Assembly: GCA_047967505.1 (NCBI GenBank)
Contig: CM106538.1
Reading direction: 5' to 3' (one strand)
Source of the DNA: Dipteris shenzhenensis
Taxonomy: Eukaryota
DNA: 64,000 nucleotides
Position numbers and translations under genes: made by a program. Below, in pieces: positions 24,191 through 36,030 of this stretch. How positions within the stretch are numbered: the stretch's first letter is position 1; each line of letters begins with the position of its first letter. The notes under the pieces were generated by a model. The model was not told the origin of the DNA and ran no database searches. It saw nothing but the letters and a program-made list of their open reading frames with translations.

Positions 24191-25290
24191 AAAAATATAC
24201 GAAAGAGTAATTCGTAAAGTTGGTGGCAGTGAAAATGTTACTTCATTAGTAATAGATAATGCATCGAATTACAAGACAGCGGGTGAGATGGTCAAAGTAT
24301 CCCACTCTGGCATGGGTACCATGTGGTGCTCATACTCTCAACTTATTGTTGAAGGATATTGGACAATTACCATTTGTGCAACCAGTACTGCAAGATGCTA
24401 ATGTCGTAGTGAGTTTTATAAAGAGCAATCAATACTGCATGCAGTATTCAGAGAGCACTCTGTGAAGCAACTCAGGCAATTTTGTCAAACTAGATTTGCC
24501 ACTTCTTTTCTAGTTCTTGCTAGATTTTTGGAAGTGCGTCAAGCTTTAGTCGAGAGTGTTCCTGATAGACGATGGGCGAATTGACTTGAGAAAAAGATAC
24601 AGTACACAATACCAGGCTCCAAATGTGTGCATCTTGTACAATCATCTCTATTCTAGAAAAATGTCAAAAGAATAAAAGGTGTAGAGCCATTTGTAATAGT
24701 ATTGAGGATGGTTGACACTGATGCCTTTGTTATGGGTAAAGTGTATTGGAAGATGTCAAAAGTAATATGATAAGTTAAAGAATTCATGCGCTTTGCACCT
24801 AGGGAAAAGCAACAAGTGGTATATTTGGCCGAAAGAGATGGAAGCAAATGCACACCCCTTTGCATGGAGCTGCATTTGCAGTACATCCACAATATCAAAT
24901 GCATGCTCAGTCATTGAATCCTAAAGTCATAAGTAACTTTCGATAGGTTTGTAAAAACTTGCTTCTGGGAGATTAAGGGAAACTGGCCTACCAACAACGA
25001 GTGAGGTATATGAATCGCAAAGGCTCTTTTGGAGATCCTTGGAATCTTGATGCTATTAAGATGACTATTGCACCTACTTGGTGGAAGGAATATAGTGGAG
25101 AGACATTGGAGTTGCAACATGTTGCAACTCGTGTGCTCTCTATTTATAATCTGGTGCATGTGAGCGAAATTGGAGTGCATACGATTTTATTCATTCTAAG
25201 AGATGCAATCACTTAAAGCCATTAAGAGCTGCAGATTTGGTATTTTCATTTGGAAATCTACAATTGTTAAAAGGATTCAATGTTGTGGCT
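24171..25290 (+). pseudogene. hAT transposase remnant (DUF659 core and C-terminal dimerisation domain)
   Basis: ENVTSLVIDNASNYK, WVPCGAHTLNLLLKDIG, TRFATSFL, PTWWKEYSGETLELQHVATRVLS and ACERNWS across broken frames. Confidence 0.85.
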
Positions 25291-26777
25291 AGGGCAGCAA
25301 GCGAAGCCACTGTAACGAAGAGGAAGACAAGCTTGAGCTACTTAGTGACAATAGTGAAGTAAAAAACATAGACGATATTGTATCTGTATTGAATGCAATA
25401 TAGAGTGATAGAAGAATATGATAGGTGATAGAAGCAGTGGATGAAGCTCTAATTATATCAGATATAATGTTGTATGCGATGGGATGGATGGGAGAATATG
25501 TCAAGCGATGGAAGAGTGAATATGCATATATACCACATCTAGGAGCAATGTAAAAAACCCCACAAAAATCAGCAGTACTTGGATGTCTATTCGATTCGGT
25601 TGACTTTTCCTAAACCGCAAATCGTCGTAGATGCTCGATTAGAGCTTTTGCGGATCCCATACTTGGCGATGGTGCACAAATGTCCAAGATCTTAAAGATG
25701 CGATGAGACATGGCGTACACATCTTGTGCAACATCAAAAGGTGGGGGATTGGTGCAGAGGCACTTTAGAGCAATGTGGCAAAATCTAGCAATGGAACTCC
25801 ACACAGTGTTGGGGTTGTCACTGAGTAATGTGTTGAGAGTTCATGCTCAACATCATGTGATCATGTGTGCATAGCACCATCATGTGATCATATGTGCATA
25901 GCACTAAACTTATAGAGTGCTATATAGGAAAGGGTTAGATCCCCTAACCGTAATGCTAAATGGGTTTGTATATATTCTATTTTTTAAACTAAATCTAGCA
26001 TACAGTTAGTCATTTGTGGTGTGCTCTCTAGTTGTGCCCTCTCTCCTCATCTCCACTCTTCTCCTCTCCCCTCTTCATACTTTGTCATGGTATCAGAGCC
26101 CCCTTTGACAAAATATGAAGAGGGGAGAGGAGAAGAGTGAAGATGAGGAGAGAGGGCACAGCTAGAGAGCACACCACAAATGACTAACTGTACACTAGAA
26201 TTAGTTGAAAAAATAGAATATATACAAACCCTTTTAGGGTTAGGGTTAGGGGATCTAACCCTTTCCTTTATAGCACTCTATAAGGTTAGTGCTATGCACA
26301 TATGATCACGTGATGGTGCTATGCACACATGATCACATGATGTTGAGCATGAACTCTCAACACCTTCCCTCAAGATCAACATCATGTGACAAAATTGAAG
26401 AGGGGAGAGGAGAAGAGTGGAGATGAAGAGAGAGGGCACAGCTAGAGAGCACACCACAAATGACTAACTGTACACTAGAATTAGTTGAAAAAATAGAATA
26501 TATACAAACCCTTTTAGGGTTAGGGTTAGGGGATCTAACCCTTTCCTTTATAGCACTCTATAAGGTTAGTGCTATGCACATATGATCACGTGATGGTGCT
26601 ATGCACACATGATCACATGATGTTGAGCGTGAACTCTCAACACCTTCCCTCAAGATCAACATCATGAAGTAGGCCTTCCCTCAAGATGATGATTCTGGGG
26701 AATCGAAGAAGGATTGAGCATTACATTCCATCACACCCCTTTAATGGGAATGTCCTTCCTCTGCATCAAACCAAGAG

Positions 26778-29700
26778 CTAGTCGGTGTTTCTCGAATAGC
26801 TCTTTACCGGTGGTTTGGTAAAGATGTATGCAACATTTTTTTTGCTATCACAATGTTGCAGTGTGATGTCACCAAGTAACACTCTTTCTCTGATGAAGTG
26901 CTCTCTGACATCAATGTGCTTTGTCCTGGAGTGATATACTGGATTTTTGGCCAATGCTTGAGCCGATTGATTATCACAGTATATTGTTGTTGGCTTTGAC
27001 TCATCAAAGTAATCTGTTTCTGACAATAGTCTTCTGAGCCATATAGCCTCACATGCACCTGTAGTGAGTGCTCTATATTCTGCTTCAGTCGAAGACAAAG
27101 AAACAGTTGGCTGTTTGTTTGACAACCATGATATAGCACCTTGACCAAGGAAAAATGCATATCCCTGTGTCGATCTCCTGGTCTCATGATCTCCAGCATA
27201 GTCACTGTCACAGTATCCATGCAACCGTGGATGACTTCCTCTGTATTCTATCCCAAATTGTCTTGTACCTCTGATGTATCTCAAGACTCTTTTGGCTGCA
27301 TTCCAGTGAGACTGTTTTGGATTTGCCATAAACTGTGCTAGTGAGCTTACTGCATAACAAATATCTGGCCGTGTGATTGTCAGATATATAAGAGATCCAA
27401 TGAGTTGCCTGTAGTATCTGTCATTGACTGTAGGCTTTTCTGAATCTTTAGTAAGTTTCAAACTCTGTTCCATGGGAGTGGCTGCAATCTTGCAATCTGC
27501 CATATGAAACTTCTTCAGGAGACTGTCAACATACTTGAGCTGACTCATGAATGTGCTATCGGAATCTCTCCAGAACTCAATTCCAAGACAATAGTGCATA
27601 AGTCCAAGATCTTTCATGTCGAACTCTGCAGATAAGTCTTGTTTTAATTTTCTGATGAAGCTATCCTTGCTTCCTGTCACAATCAGATCATCTACGTACA
27701 AAAGTGCAATAGTAATATCTTCCCCTTGAACTTTGTAGTAGAGAGTATGATCTGCATTGGACTTCATGTATCCCAGATCAGCAAAATACTTGTCAATTTT
27801 GCTGTACCAACTTCTGGGTGCTTGCTTTAAGCCATAGAGACTTTTCTTGAGATGGCAAACCTTGTTCTCCTTTCCTGGTTCAACATAACCGGCTGGTTGT
27901 TGCATGTAGACTTCCTCGTCTAGATAACCATTGAGAAATGCATTCTTGACATCGAGCTGATACACATTCCATTTACTGAGTGTCGCTAGTGATATCAAGA
28001 ACCGTATGGAATCCATCTTTGCTACTGGAGCATAAGTCTCATCATAATCTTGGCCATATTGTTGTGCAAATCCTTTTGCAACTAATCTGGCTTTGTATCT
28101 TTGAATACTGCCATCTGGATTGTACTTCACTTTGTATACCCATTTGTTGGCTATGGCCTTCTTTCCTGGTGGAAGGTCGCATAATTCCCAAGTGTTATTT
28201 TTATACAAAGCATCCATTTCTTCATTCATAGCAGTTTGCCATTCTGGCTTGTCTACTGCGTCTTCGAAGTACACTGGCTCTTCTGTAGCCATGATGGTAG
28301 TCATAAGAGCATAGTTGGTGGTTTCCACCTGAATTGCTTTGCCTTTCTGAGCATATGTCAATCTGGCTGGTGGTCTGCTTTCCCTAGTAGAACGTCTAAG
28401 CTGCTGTGGCGCTGCTTGGGGTGTTGCTGGCAATTCTTGCTCTTCTTCATCAACCTGTTCTGTAGATGACTGTGAAGTCGATGCTTCTATCTCCTGTGTA
28501 GGTGAGGTTTTCCATTCTGATTCCTCATCAAAGATTACATCTCTGGAGATAATGACTTTGCAGTTGATGGGATCATACAATTTGTATGCTTTGCTTTCTT
28601 CACTGTAGCCAACCATGATGCATTTGCGTGACTTCGCATCCAATTTCCTGCGATGATCATCATGTATGTGGGCATATGCTATGCAACCAAATATGCGGAG
28701 ATGCCCAATGCGTGGCTTGTGTCCAGTGAATGCTTCATAAGGAGTCATACCTTGTATCGGTTTGGTAGGAAGCTGATTAAGCAAGTAGTTAGCTGTAGCT
28801 ATTGCTTCTGCCCAATACTGATTCGGAAGATGCTTTTCACTAAGCATTGCTCTAGCACTGTCTGCTAAAGTCCCATTCTTCCTTTCAGCTCTTGCATTTT
28901 GCTGAGGAGTATCTGCACATGTGAATTGTCTTCGAATGCCGTGATTTTTGCAAAAGTTCATGAATGCTGAAGAGATGTATTCACCTCCTCTGTCTGATCT
29001 CATGACCTTGATCTTTCTGCCTGTTTGGTTTTCTACCATGGCTTTGAATTCTTGAAATCTGGCAAACACTTCAGATTTCTCTTTCAGAAAGTAGACCCAA
29101 CAATATCTGCTGTAGTCGTCGATGAAGGTCAAGTAAAAAAGTGAACCATTGATGCTGCGGGTCTGGGCATAACCCCATACATCTGTATGAATCAAATCAA
29201 GAATACCTCGTGCACGAGAGGTACTTCTGACAAAGTTGGTTCGCTTTTGTTTGCCGAAGTAGCATGCTTCACAAACTTTTCTAAGAAACTGTAGCTTCAG
29301 AATCCCAATTGCCATATTCTGATTCCTGAGATCTAACAAGTACTTGAAGTTGTAATGACCATATCTCTTGTGCCATTTTGCAGATAGTGGCATCTGTTGC
29401 ATTTGAGCTGACATGGCATGCTTATCTGGTACTGTAGCTAGCATCCTGTATAAGCGTCCTTCCTTGACACCTTTTGCTACTAGCTGACCTCTTTTGGATT
29501 TGTCTCTAATAGTGCATTCATCACCGTCGAAGATGACTTTGTAGTTGTGTTCCGTCATTTGACCTACTGACAAAAGGTTCTTGCTGAGCTTCGGAACATA
29601 GAGCACATCTTTGACTAATCCTTTTGTACCAGTGAAATTGTTCATAGGGATAACACCTATCCCTTGAACCGGATTCGGTGTATTGTCTGCTGTGTAGATG

Positions 29701-29861
29701 ACATTCTTTTGTCCTTCTAATGGCTTCATTTCTGTGAACCATTCCTGATGATTTGTCATATGAGATGATGCACCGCTGTCGATGTACCAAGGATCTTGTT
29801 CCGCTTGGTCGACTTGATAGCTGAAATCCTCTTTGGGATTGAAATCAGTGTCTAGGTGCAT
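26778..29861 (-). CDS. pol: Copia pol region of D3 (protease-integrase-RT-RNase H), 1027-aa open frame
   Basis: WYIDSGASSHM; WHKRYGH..CEAC; HTDVWG/RSDRGGEY/AERKN; QLDVKNAFLNG/LLYVDDL; CDSDYAG/EAEY/CDNQSA. The terminal ADIFTK reads AYIFTK and is followed by a 1-nt frameshift. Confidence 0.95.
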   Translation of the reverse strand: MHLDTDFNPKEDFSYQVDQAEQDPWYIDSGASSHMTNHQEWFTEMKPLEGQKNVIYTADNTPNPVQGIGVIPMNNFTGTKGLVKDVLYVPKLSKNLLSVGQMTEHNYKVIFDGDECTIRDKSKRGQLVAKGVKEGRLYRMLATVPDKHAMSAQMQQMPLSAKWHKRYGHYNFKYLLDLRNQNMAIGILKLQFLRKVCEACYFGKQKRTNFVRSTSRARGILDLIHTDVWGYAQTRSINGSLFYLTFIDDYSRYCWVYFLKEKSEVFARFQEFKAMVENQTGRKIKVMRSDRGGEYISSAFMNFCKNHGIRRQFTCADTPQQNARAERKNGTLADSARAMLSEKHLPNQYWAEAIATANYLLNQLPTKPIQGMTPYEAFTGHKPRIGHLRIFGCIAYAHIHDDHRRKLDAKSRKCIMVGYSEESKAYKLYDPINCKVIISRDVIFDEESEWKTSPTQEIEASTSQSSTEQVDEEEQELPATPQAAPQQLRRSTRESRPPARLTYAQKGKAIQVETTNYALMTTIMATEEPVYFEDAVDKPEWQTAMNEEMDALYKNNTWELCDLPPGKKAIANKWVYKVKYNPDGSIQRYKARLVAKGFAQQYGQDYDETYAPVAKMDSIRFLISLATLSKWNVYQLDVKNAFLNGYLDEEVYMQQPAGYVEPGKENKVCHLKKSLYGLKQAPRSWYSKIDKYFADLGYMKSNADHTLYYKVQGEDITIALLYVDDLIVTGSKDSFIRKLKQDLSAEFDMKDLGLMHYCLGIEFWRDSDSTFMSQLKYVDSLLKKFHMADCKIAATPMEQSLKLTKDSEKPTVNDRYYRQLIGSLIYLTITRPDICYAVSSLAQFMANPKQSHWNAAKRVLRYIRGTRQFGIEYRGSHPRLHGYCDSDYAGDHETRRSTQGYAFFLGQGAISWLSNKQPTVSLSSTEAEYRALTTGACEAIWLRRLLSETDYFDESKPTTIYCDNQSAQALAKNPVYHSRTKHIDVREHFIRERVLLGDITLQHCDSKKNVAYIFTKPPVKSYSRNTD

Positions 29862-31004
29862 TGTCTAGGTGCATTGTATCAGTCTGATGCAATTCCTCAC
29901 TTGCAAGAAACATATTGCCATGTTCATTTGCAAAATGACTGTGACGAGAATGTCCACCACGATGATTTCCTCTTCCTCGGGAATTCCCTCAGATTGACCG
30001 CCTTGGTCATACTGCTTCTTGCGGCAATCTCTTTCATAGTGTCCAAACTTGTGACAGTAGTTGCATTGAATGTTTGACACATTGGTGGATGCATTCCCTC
30101 ATCCTTGGAATCTTCCTCGGTTGGAATGATTTCCTCTTTGCTGATTCTGAGGTTGCTGAGGATGATGCTGATGCTGATGCTGATTTTGACTTTGTTGATG
30201 ATGACCAATTTTCTGATATGATCTACCTCTGTTTCTGCCTTTGCCTCTGCTTCTGTCTGAAGCTGTGAATGCCTGATCATTAGAATGACCTTTACGTGCT
30301 TGAATGGCCTGAGTCCTGAGTTCTTAACCAAGTAGAACTGACTGAAGTTCTTCTAGTGTTGGAATTTGCTGTTGGATGGCAATACTCTGGACTAGATTCT
30401 CATATCCTTCTCCTAGTCCATTCAGGATTACTTGAACCATTTCTGCGGGATTCATAGTCTCTCCTGCTGCTGCAAGTTGATTGTTGTAGTCTTTGATGCA
30501 GAGTACATAAGCATGACCGGTTTCATTGCTATTGCGGAAACTCTGGTTGATCTGGTTTCTCAGGGTGAGAATCCTGGATGTGTTCTTGGACTCGTAGAGA
30601 GCTGCGAACATATCCCATGCTTCTTTTGATGTCTTAACTGTGTTGAGCTATCCTAGCATGACATCTTGCACGTTCTGCTTGATCAGGTGATAGGCATACT
30701 TGTCTTTCTTATCCCATTCTGCTTGAGCTCGGGCAATGGCAGGATCTGCTACTGGTGCGAAAACTGTTTGTGTAGATGTAGATCCCGATGTAGATCCCGA
30801 TGTAGATCCCGTTGCTGATACTATGACAACAGATGGAGTAGAGCTACTGGTGGCTGGATCGGCCAATGGTCTAGGTATAGATCCATCGACATACTCCCAT
30901 TTGTCCTGAAGCACAAGAATGGTCTCCATTCGGTATTTCCATGTACCGTAATTGGAGTTGTCTAACTTAGCAGATGCCTCCAGATTGAGGTTGCTAGTCG
31001 ACAT
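29862..31004 (-). pseudogene. gag: Disrupted gag of D3
   Basis: Homologous to the D2 gag, but with stops at ~30648 and ~30324, a short deletion at ~29990 and a 13-bp duplication at ~29850..29876. Zinc knuckle CNYCHKFGHYERDC present. Confidence 0.9.
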
Positions 31005-31969
31005 GGTGCAAACAATGTACTCAAAAGTGTCCTGAAAAAACTCTGTATGAATCAACTGCAAATACACTGAAGATTCCAAGTGAAATCTCTGTACCGTCGG
31101 TGAAGATAGAACTGTAGTATATAAGATCTGATCTATGTTACAAGGCTTGTGGCAATGATGCCGGGAATAGCCAAGAGGCTTTAGAAGGATGAAAAATGAT
31201 GTGCACGATGCCGTGAGATAGCCGAATAGGCTTTACAATGGTGGCATGTGTGTGTGAAATCAAGTGCTATCTGCCCACTGAACCAATCTGCAATGCCTCT
31301 GAACTCTGAAGTCTGCTCACTGAACTGATGAACGTAAGGTTTCAGGTAATGTAATGATGTGAAAACGGATGTGAGCGTATGGACTGACTCCGAGTAGGTA
31401 CTAGTCGGGAATTTCGGGCATGGCTTAGATTGGCAACTTGGGGAATTCAAAGCGTCCCCTCTATGGCGATCTAGTCTACTCTGATCTAGATCTAAACCAA
31501 CCGTCGATCGATGAAAGAGCAGCAAATAATTCCTTTTCTTTTGTTCTTTTTAAGTGCTGGGTCAGATGCGTCGATGTAGAGGCAAATGTGCATGAAGGAA
31601 GTGGTTTTGACGGCGAGGCACAAATGTGAGTGTAACTTGTGCCGAAATGTGCGCGTGATGTAACGAGCGCGTAGAGCACGAAAAAATGAGCGACTTTCCT
31701 TTTTGGAGCACCCTCAAATTCTTCCTGGATCAAGAGATACGACTTGATCTAGGTGGAGGGGCAAAAGGAGTGCAAATGGTGCTCAATGATGATGTGTCAC
31801 TGTGAGTCACATGCAGTGATGATGTGGCACTGTGCTTAACAAGAGGTGTGCCAGTGAAGCTCTGTGCTGAGGTGGCAGGAGTGTGCACATGCAGTGTGTG
31901 CACAGTGTGCCTGGCAAGGGACTGTGCCTGCAAAGGGTCACTGCTGACTGGACTGCTGAGGTGGCAGTG

Positions 31970-32330
31970 CTGAGGTGGCACAGATGATGTCAGCAGGGTG
32001 ACGTGGCAATGCTAACATGGCACTGATGACGTGGCACAGGTGACGTGGCACAGGTGACGTGGCACTGATGACATGGCACAGGTGACATGGCTAATGACGT
32101 GGCACAGGTGACGTGGCTGATGACGTGTCACTAATGATGTGGCAGGTGATGTGGCTGATGACGTGTCACTGATGATGTGGCAAGTGACGTGGCTGATGAT
32201 GTGTCACTGATGATGTGGCAGGTGATGTGGCTGATGACGTGTCACTGATGACGTGGCAAGTGACGTGGCAGTCGGTGATGACGTGGCAGGTGACGTGGAT
32301 TGCTGTAAGATAAGGTTGCCACGTGGCACA
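31970..32330. repeat. Tandem array of 12-15-bp TGACGTGGCA-like units in the D3 leader
   Basis: Many gtgacgtggca/gatgatgtggca units. Shorter degenerate equivalents occur at ~36990..37110 and, inverted, at ~40390..40715. Confidence 0.9.
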
Positions 32331-33976
32331 ATTGTGATCAAACCACCTAACTATGGGTTGACTGAACATAACCCTGGTTAGGTCCTATCTGCCATGTGCA
32401 AGCGACTGACCACTGGTGGCTAACCAAACCTAGGTTGCTAACCAACCCTATCTGCCACGTGTTGCTTCATGGGCAGTCGGAATCTTTTGAAGATTCTGAC
32501 GGAATCTTCGAGATTCCGTCCGCCTGCGGATTTCCGTCAATGAAGAGTAGGCTTGTTGGAGGCGGCGATGCGCTGGAGGGAGCCCGTTTGGAGAAGCTTG
32601 GATTTTTTTGGCCGAGCGATGGAGGTCCGAGCGATGGAGGCCTGAGGGTCGTTGATGTTGGCGTCTCGCTGCTCACGAGTCTTGTGGCGGCTCGTTAGGC
32701 CATTGTTGGAGCCCAAGGAGAGCATCTGTTAGGATTGCGCCTTAGAGCCGTGGAGGCTGAATGCCATTGATGGCATCATTGAGGGCGCTTCCAATTGAGT
32801 AGGCCGATGCAGGAGCTTTGGGCTTTTCAAGTCTAAGCTTGTTGACGTTCGAGATGCAGAAGCGATAGAGATGGGCTGTAGGTAGAGTCATTTGCTGGAG
32901 CTGTTCGACCGGTGAAGCTAAGACTCTGTTGAAGGTGAGCTCGTGGAGGGTCGCTAAGCCACGTTTGGCTATGGAAGGAGCCTTCATCGTGCAGGTAGAC
33001 AAGCCGTATGTAGAAGCGCTGCGTGAAGGTGTAGGAGCCCGTGGACCGTGGGAGGCATTGAAGCCATTGAGTAGAGCATTGGCGCTCTAGTCGCGGGAGC
33101 ACGTTGAAGCCGATAGCAGAGGTGGAAACAGTCTCTACCAGCAGTTTGTGAACTGCTGGGTCTCCTCTTGTGCTTTGGAGCTCACTGCTAGTGAAGTAGC
33201 TCGAGAGTAGAGAGAACCTCCTCCTTGACATAGAACCTTACAAGAAATCTCGAGCTCGAAACTCATGAATGAACCTCCCATGAAAATAACCATATCTGAG
33301 TCTCCACAGCTTGGAATGATGAGCTTCTTGAACCAAATCGGAGAGGAGAAGGAGCTCTACGATGAGAGCTAGCTGAGAGATGAAGATGCCTCATGAAAGA
33401 GGGCTTGTTGCCTTGACGGAACAAGGTCTTGTGCCTTGACGGAGCAAGGGCTTGACTCTCTCTCGACGGAAATCTCTCTCAATGGAAGTGAAGGGAAAAA
33501 AATCTCACAATCACTCAAGAGAACTCTCAATCTCACGATCTCTCTCACACTCTCAAGAAACTCAATGTCTCAGCGGAAGACAAGGAAGCTCTGATACCAT
33601 GACAAAATATGAAGAGGGGAGAGGAGAAGAGTGGAGATGAGGAGAGAGGGCACAGCTAGAGAGCACACCACAAATGACTAACTGTACACTAGAATTAGTT
33701 GAAAAAATAGAATATATACAAACCCTTTTAGGGTTAGGGTTAGGGGATCTAACCCTTTCCTTTATAGCACTCTATAAGGTTAGTGCTATGCACATATGAT
33801 CACGTGATGGTGCTATGCACACATGATCACATGATGTTGAGCGTGAGCTCTCAACATCATGAAGTAGGCCTTCCCTCAAGATGATGATTCTGGGGAATCG
33901 AAGAAGGACTGAGCATTACATTCCATCACACCCCTTTAATGGGAATGTCCTTCCTCTGCATCAAACCAAGAGCTAG

Positions 33977-34795
33977 TCAGTGTTTCTCGAATAGCTCTTT
34001 ACCGAGTGGTTTGGTAAAGATGTCTGCAACATTTTCTTTGCTATCACAATGCTGCAGTGTGATGTCACCAAGTAACACTCTTTCTCTGATGAAGTGCTCT
34101 CTGACATCAATGTGCTTTGTCCTGGAGTGATATACTGGATTTTTGGCCAATGCTTGAGCCGATTGGTTATCACAGTATATTGTTGTTGGCTTTGACTCAT
34201 CAAAGTAATCTGTTTCTGACAATAGTCTTCTGAGCCATATAGCCTCACATGCACCTGTAGTGAGTGCTCTATATTCTGCTTCAGTCGAAGACAAAGAAAC
34301 AGTTGGCTGTTTGTTTGACAACCATGATATAGCACCTTGACCAAGGAAAAACGCATATCCCTGTGTCGATCTCCTGGTCTCATGATCCCCAGCATAGTCA
34401 CTGTCACAGTATCCATGCAACCGTGGATGACTTCCTCTGTATTCTATCCCAAACTGTCTTGTACCTCTAATGTATCTCAAGACTCTTTTGGTTGCATTCC
34501 AGTGAGACTGTTTTGGATTTGCCATAAACTGTGCTAGTGAGCTTACTGCATAACAAATATCTGGCCGGATGACTTTGTAGTTGTGTTTTGTCATTTGACC
34601 TATTGACAAAAGGTTCTTGCTGAGTTTCGGAACATAGAGCACATCTTTGACTAATCCTTTTGTACCAGTGAAATTGTTCATAGGGATAACACCTGTCCCT
34701 TGAACCGGATTCGGTGTATTGTCTGTTGTGTAGATGACATTCTTTTGACCTTTTAATGGCTTCATTTCTGTGAACCATTCCTGATGATTTGTCAT
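33977..34795 (-). pseudogene. D2 protease fused in frame to the RT end and RNase H by an internal deletion
   Basis: Junction YKVI|RPDICY at ~34567. About 2.2 kb present in D3 (integrase and most of RT) is missing. Confidence 0.92.
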
Positions 34796-36030
34796 ATGAG
34801 ATGAGCACCGCTGTCAATGTACCAAGGATCCTGTTCCACTTGGTCGACTTGATAGCTGAAATCCTCTTTAAGATTGAAATCAGTGTCTAGGTGCATTGTA
34901 TCAGTCTGATGCAATTCCTCACTTGCAAGAAACATATTGCCATGTTCATTTGCAAAATGATTGTGACTAGAATGTCCACCATGATGATTTCCTCTTCCTC
35001 GGGAATTCCCTCGATTACTGCTGGATTGACCGCCTTGGTCATACTGCTTCTTGTGGCAATCTCTTTCATAGTGTCCAAACTTGTGACAGTAGTTGCACTG
35101 GATGTTTGACACATTGGTGGATGCATTCCCTCGTCCTTGGAATCTTCCTCGGTTGGAATGATTTCCTCTTTGCTGATTTTGATGTTGCTGAGGATGATGA
35201 TGATGCTGATACTGATTCTGACTTTCATTTTGTTGATGATGACCACTTTTCTGGTATGATCTACCTCTATTTCCGCCTTTGCCTCTGCTTCTGTTTGAAG
35301 CTGTGAATGCCTGATCATTAGAATGACCTTTACGTGCTTGTATGGCCTGAGTCTTGAGTTCTTCACCAAGTAGAACTGATTGAAGTTCTTCTAGTGTTGG
35401 AATTCGCCGTTGGATGGCAATACTCTGGACTAGATTCTCATATCCTTCTCCTAGTCCATTTAGGATTACTTGAACCATTTCTGTGGGATTCATAGTCTCT
35501 CCTGCTGCTGCAAGTTGATTGTTGTAGTCTTTGATGCGGAGTACATAAGCATGACCGGCTTCATTGCTATTGCAGAAACTCTGGTTGATCTGGTTTCTCA
35601 GGGTGAGAATCCTGGATGTGTTCTTGGACTCGTAGAGAGCTGCGAACATATCCCATGCTTCTTTTGATGTCTTGACTGTGTTGAGCTGTCCTAGCATGAC
35701 ATATTGCACATTCTGCTTGATCAGGTGATAGGCATACTTGTCTTTCTTATCCCATTCTGCTTGAGCTCGGGCAATGGCAGGATCTGCTACTGGTGTGGAA
35801 ACTATTTGTGTAGATGTAGATCCCGATGTAGATCCCGTTGCTAGTGCTGTGACAACAGATGGAGTAGAGCTACTGGTGGCTGGATCGGCCAATGGTCTAG
35901 GTATAGATCCATCGACATACTCCCATTTGTCCTGAAGCACAAGAATGGTCTCCATTCGGTATTTCCATGTACCATAATTGGAGTTGTCTAACTTAGCAGA
36001 TGCCTCCAGATTGAGGTTGCTAGTCGACAT
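34792..36030 (-). CDS. gag: Intact copia gag of D2
   Basis: Open frame from ATG 36030 (MSTSNLNLEASAKLDNSNYGTWKYRME) through zinc knuckle CNYCHKFGHYERDC. It ends through a 1-nt deletion just after WYIDSGA. Confidence 0.9.
   Translation of the reverse strand: MSTSNLNLEASAKLDNSNYGTWKYRMETILVLQDKWEYVDGSIPRPLADPATSSSTPSVVTALATGSTSGSTSTQIVSTPVADPAIARAQAEWDKKDKYAYHLIKQNVQYVMLGQLNTVKTSKEAWDMFAALYESKNTSRILTLRNQINQSFCNSNEAGHAYVLRIKDYNNQLAAAGETMNPTEMVQVILNGLGEGYENLVQSIAIQRRIPTLEELQSVLLGEELKTQAIQARKGHSNDQAFTASNRSRGKGGNRGRSYQKSGHHQQNESQNQYQHHHHPQQHQNQQRGNHSNRGRFQGRGNASTNVSNIQCNYCHKFGHYERDCHKKQYDQGGQSSSNRGNSRGRGNHHGGHSSHNHFANEHGNMFLASEELHQTDTMHLDTDFNLKEDFSYQVDQVEQDPWYIDSGAHLI

Larger units (their letters stand above)
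26387..33856 (-). mobile_element. Copia family D, innermost copy (D3): LTRs 33600..33856 and 26387..26642, full length
   Basis: TSD TCATG at 26382..26386 and 33857..33861. PBS 33588..33599. PPT 26643..26651. Both LTRs share the variant gcgtga where D2 has gcatga. Confidence 0.95.

Noticed and set aside
25500-25830. Coding-like minus-strand stretch before the D1 LTR
   Set aside because: Too short and has no recognisable motif.
26230-26255. Interstitial telomere or chromosome fusion scar
   Set aside because: Only about three units, present at the same position in each family D LTR, so it is an LTR motif.
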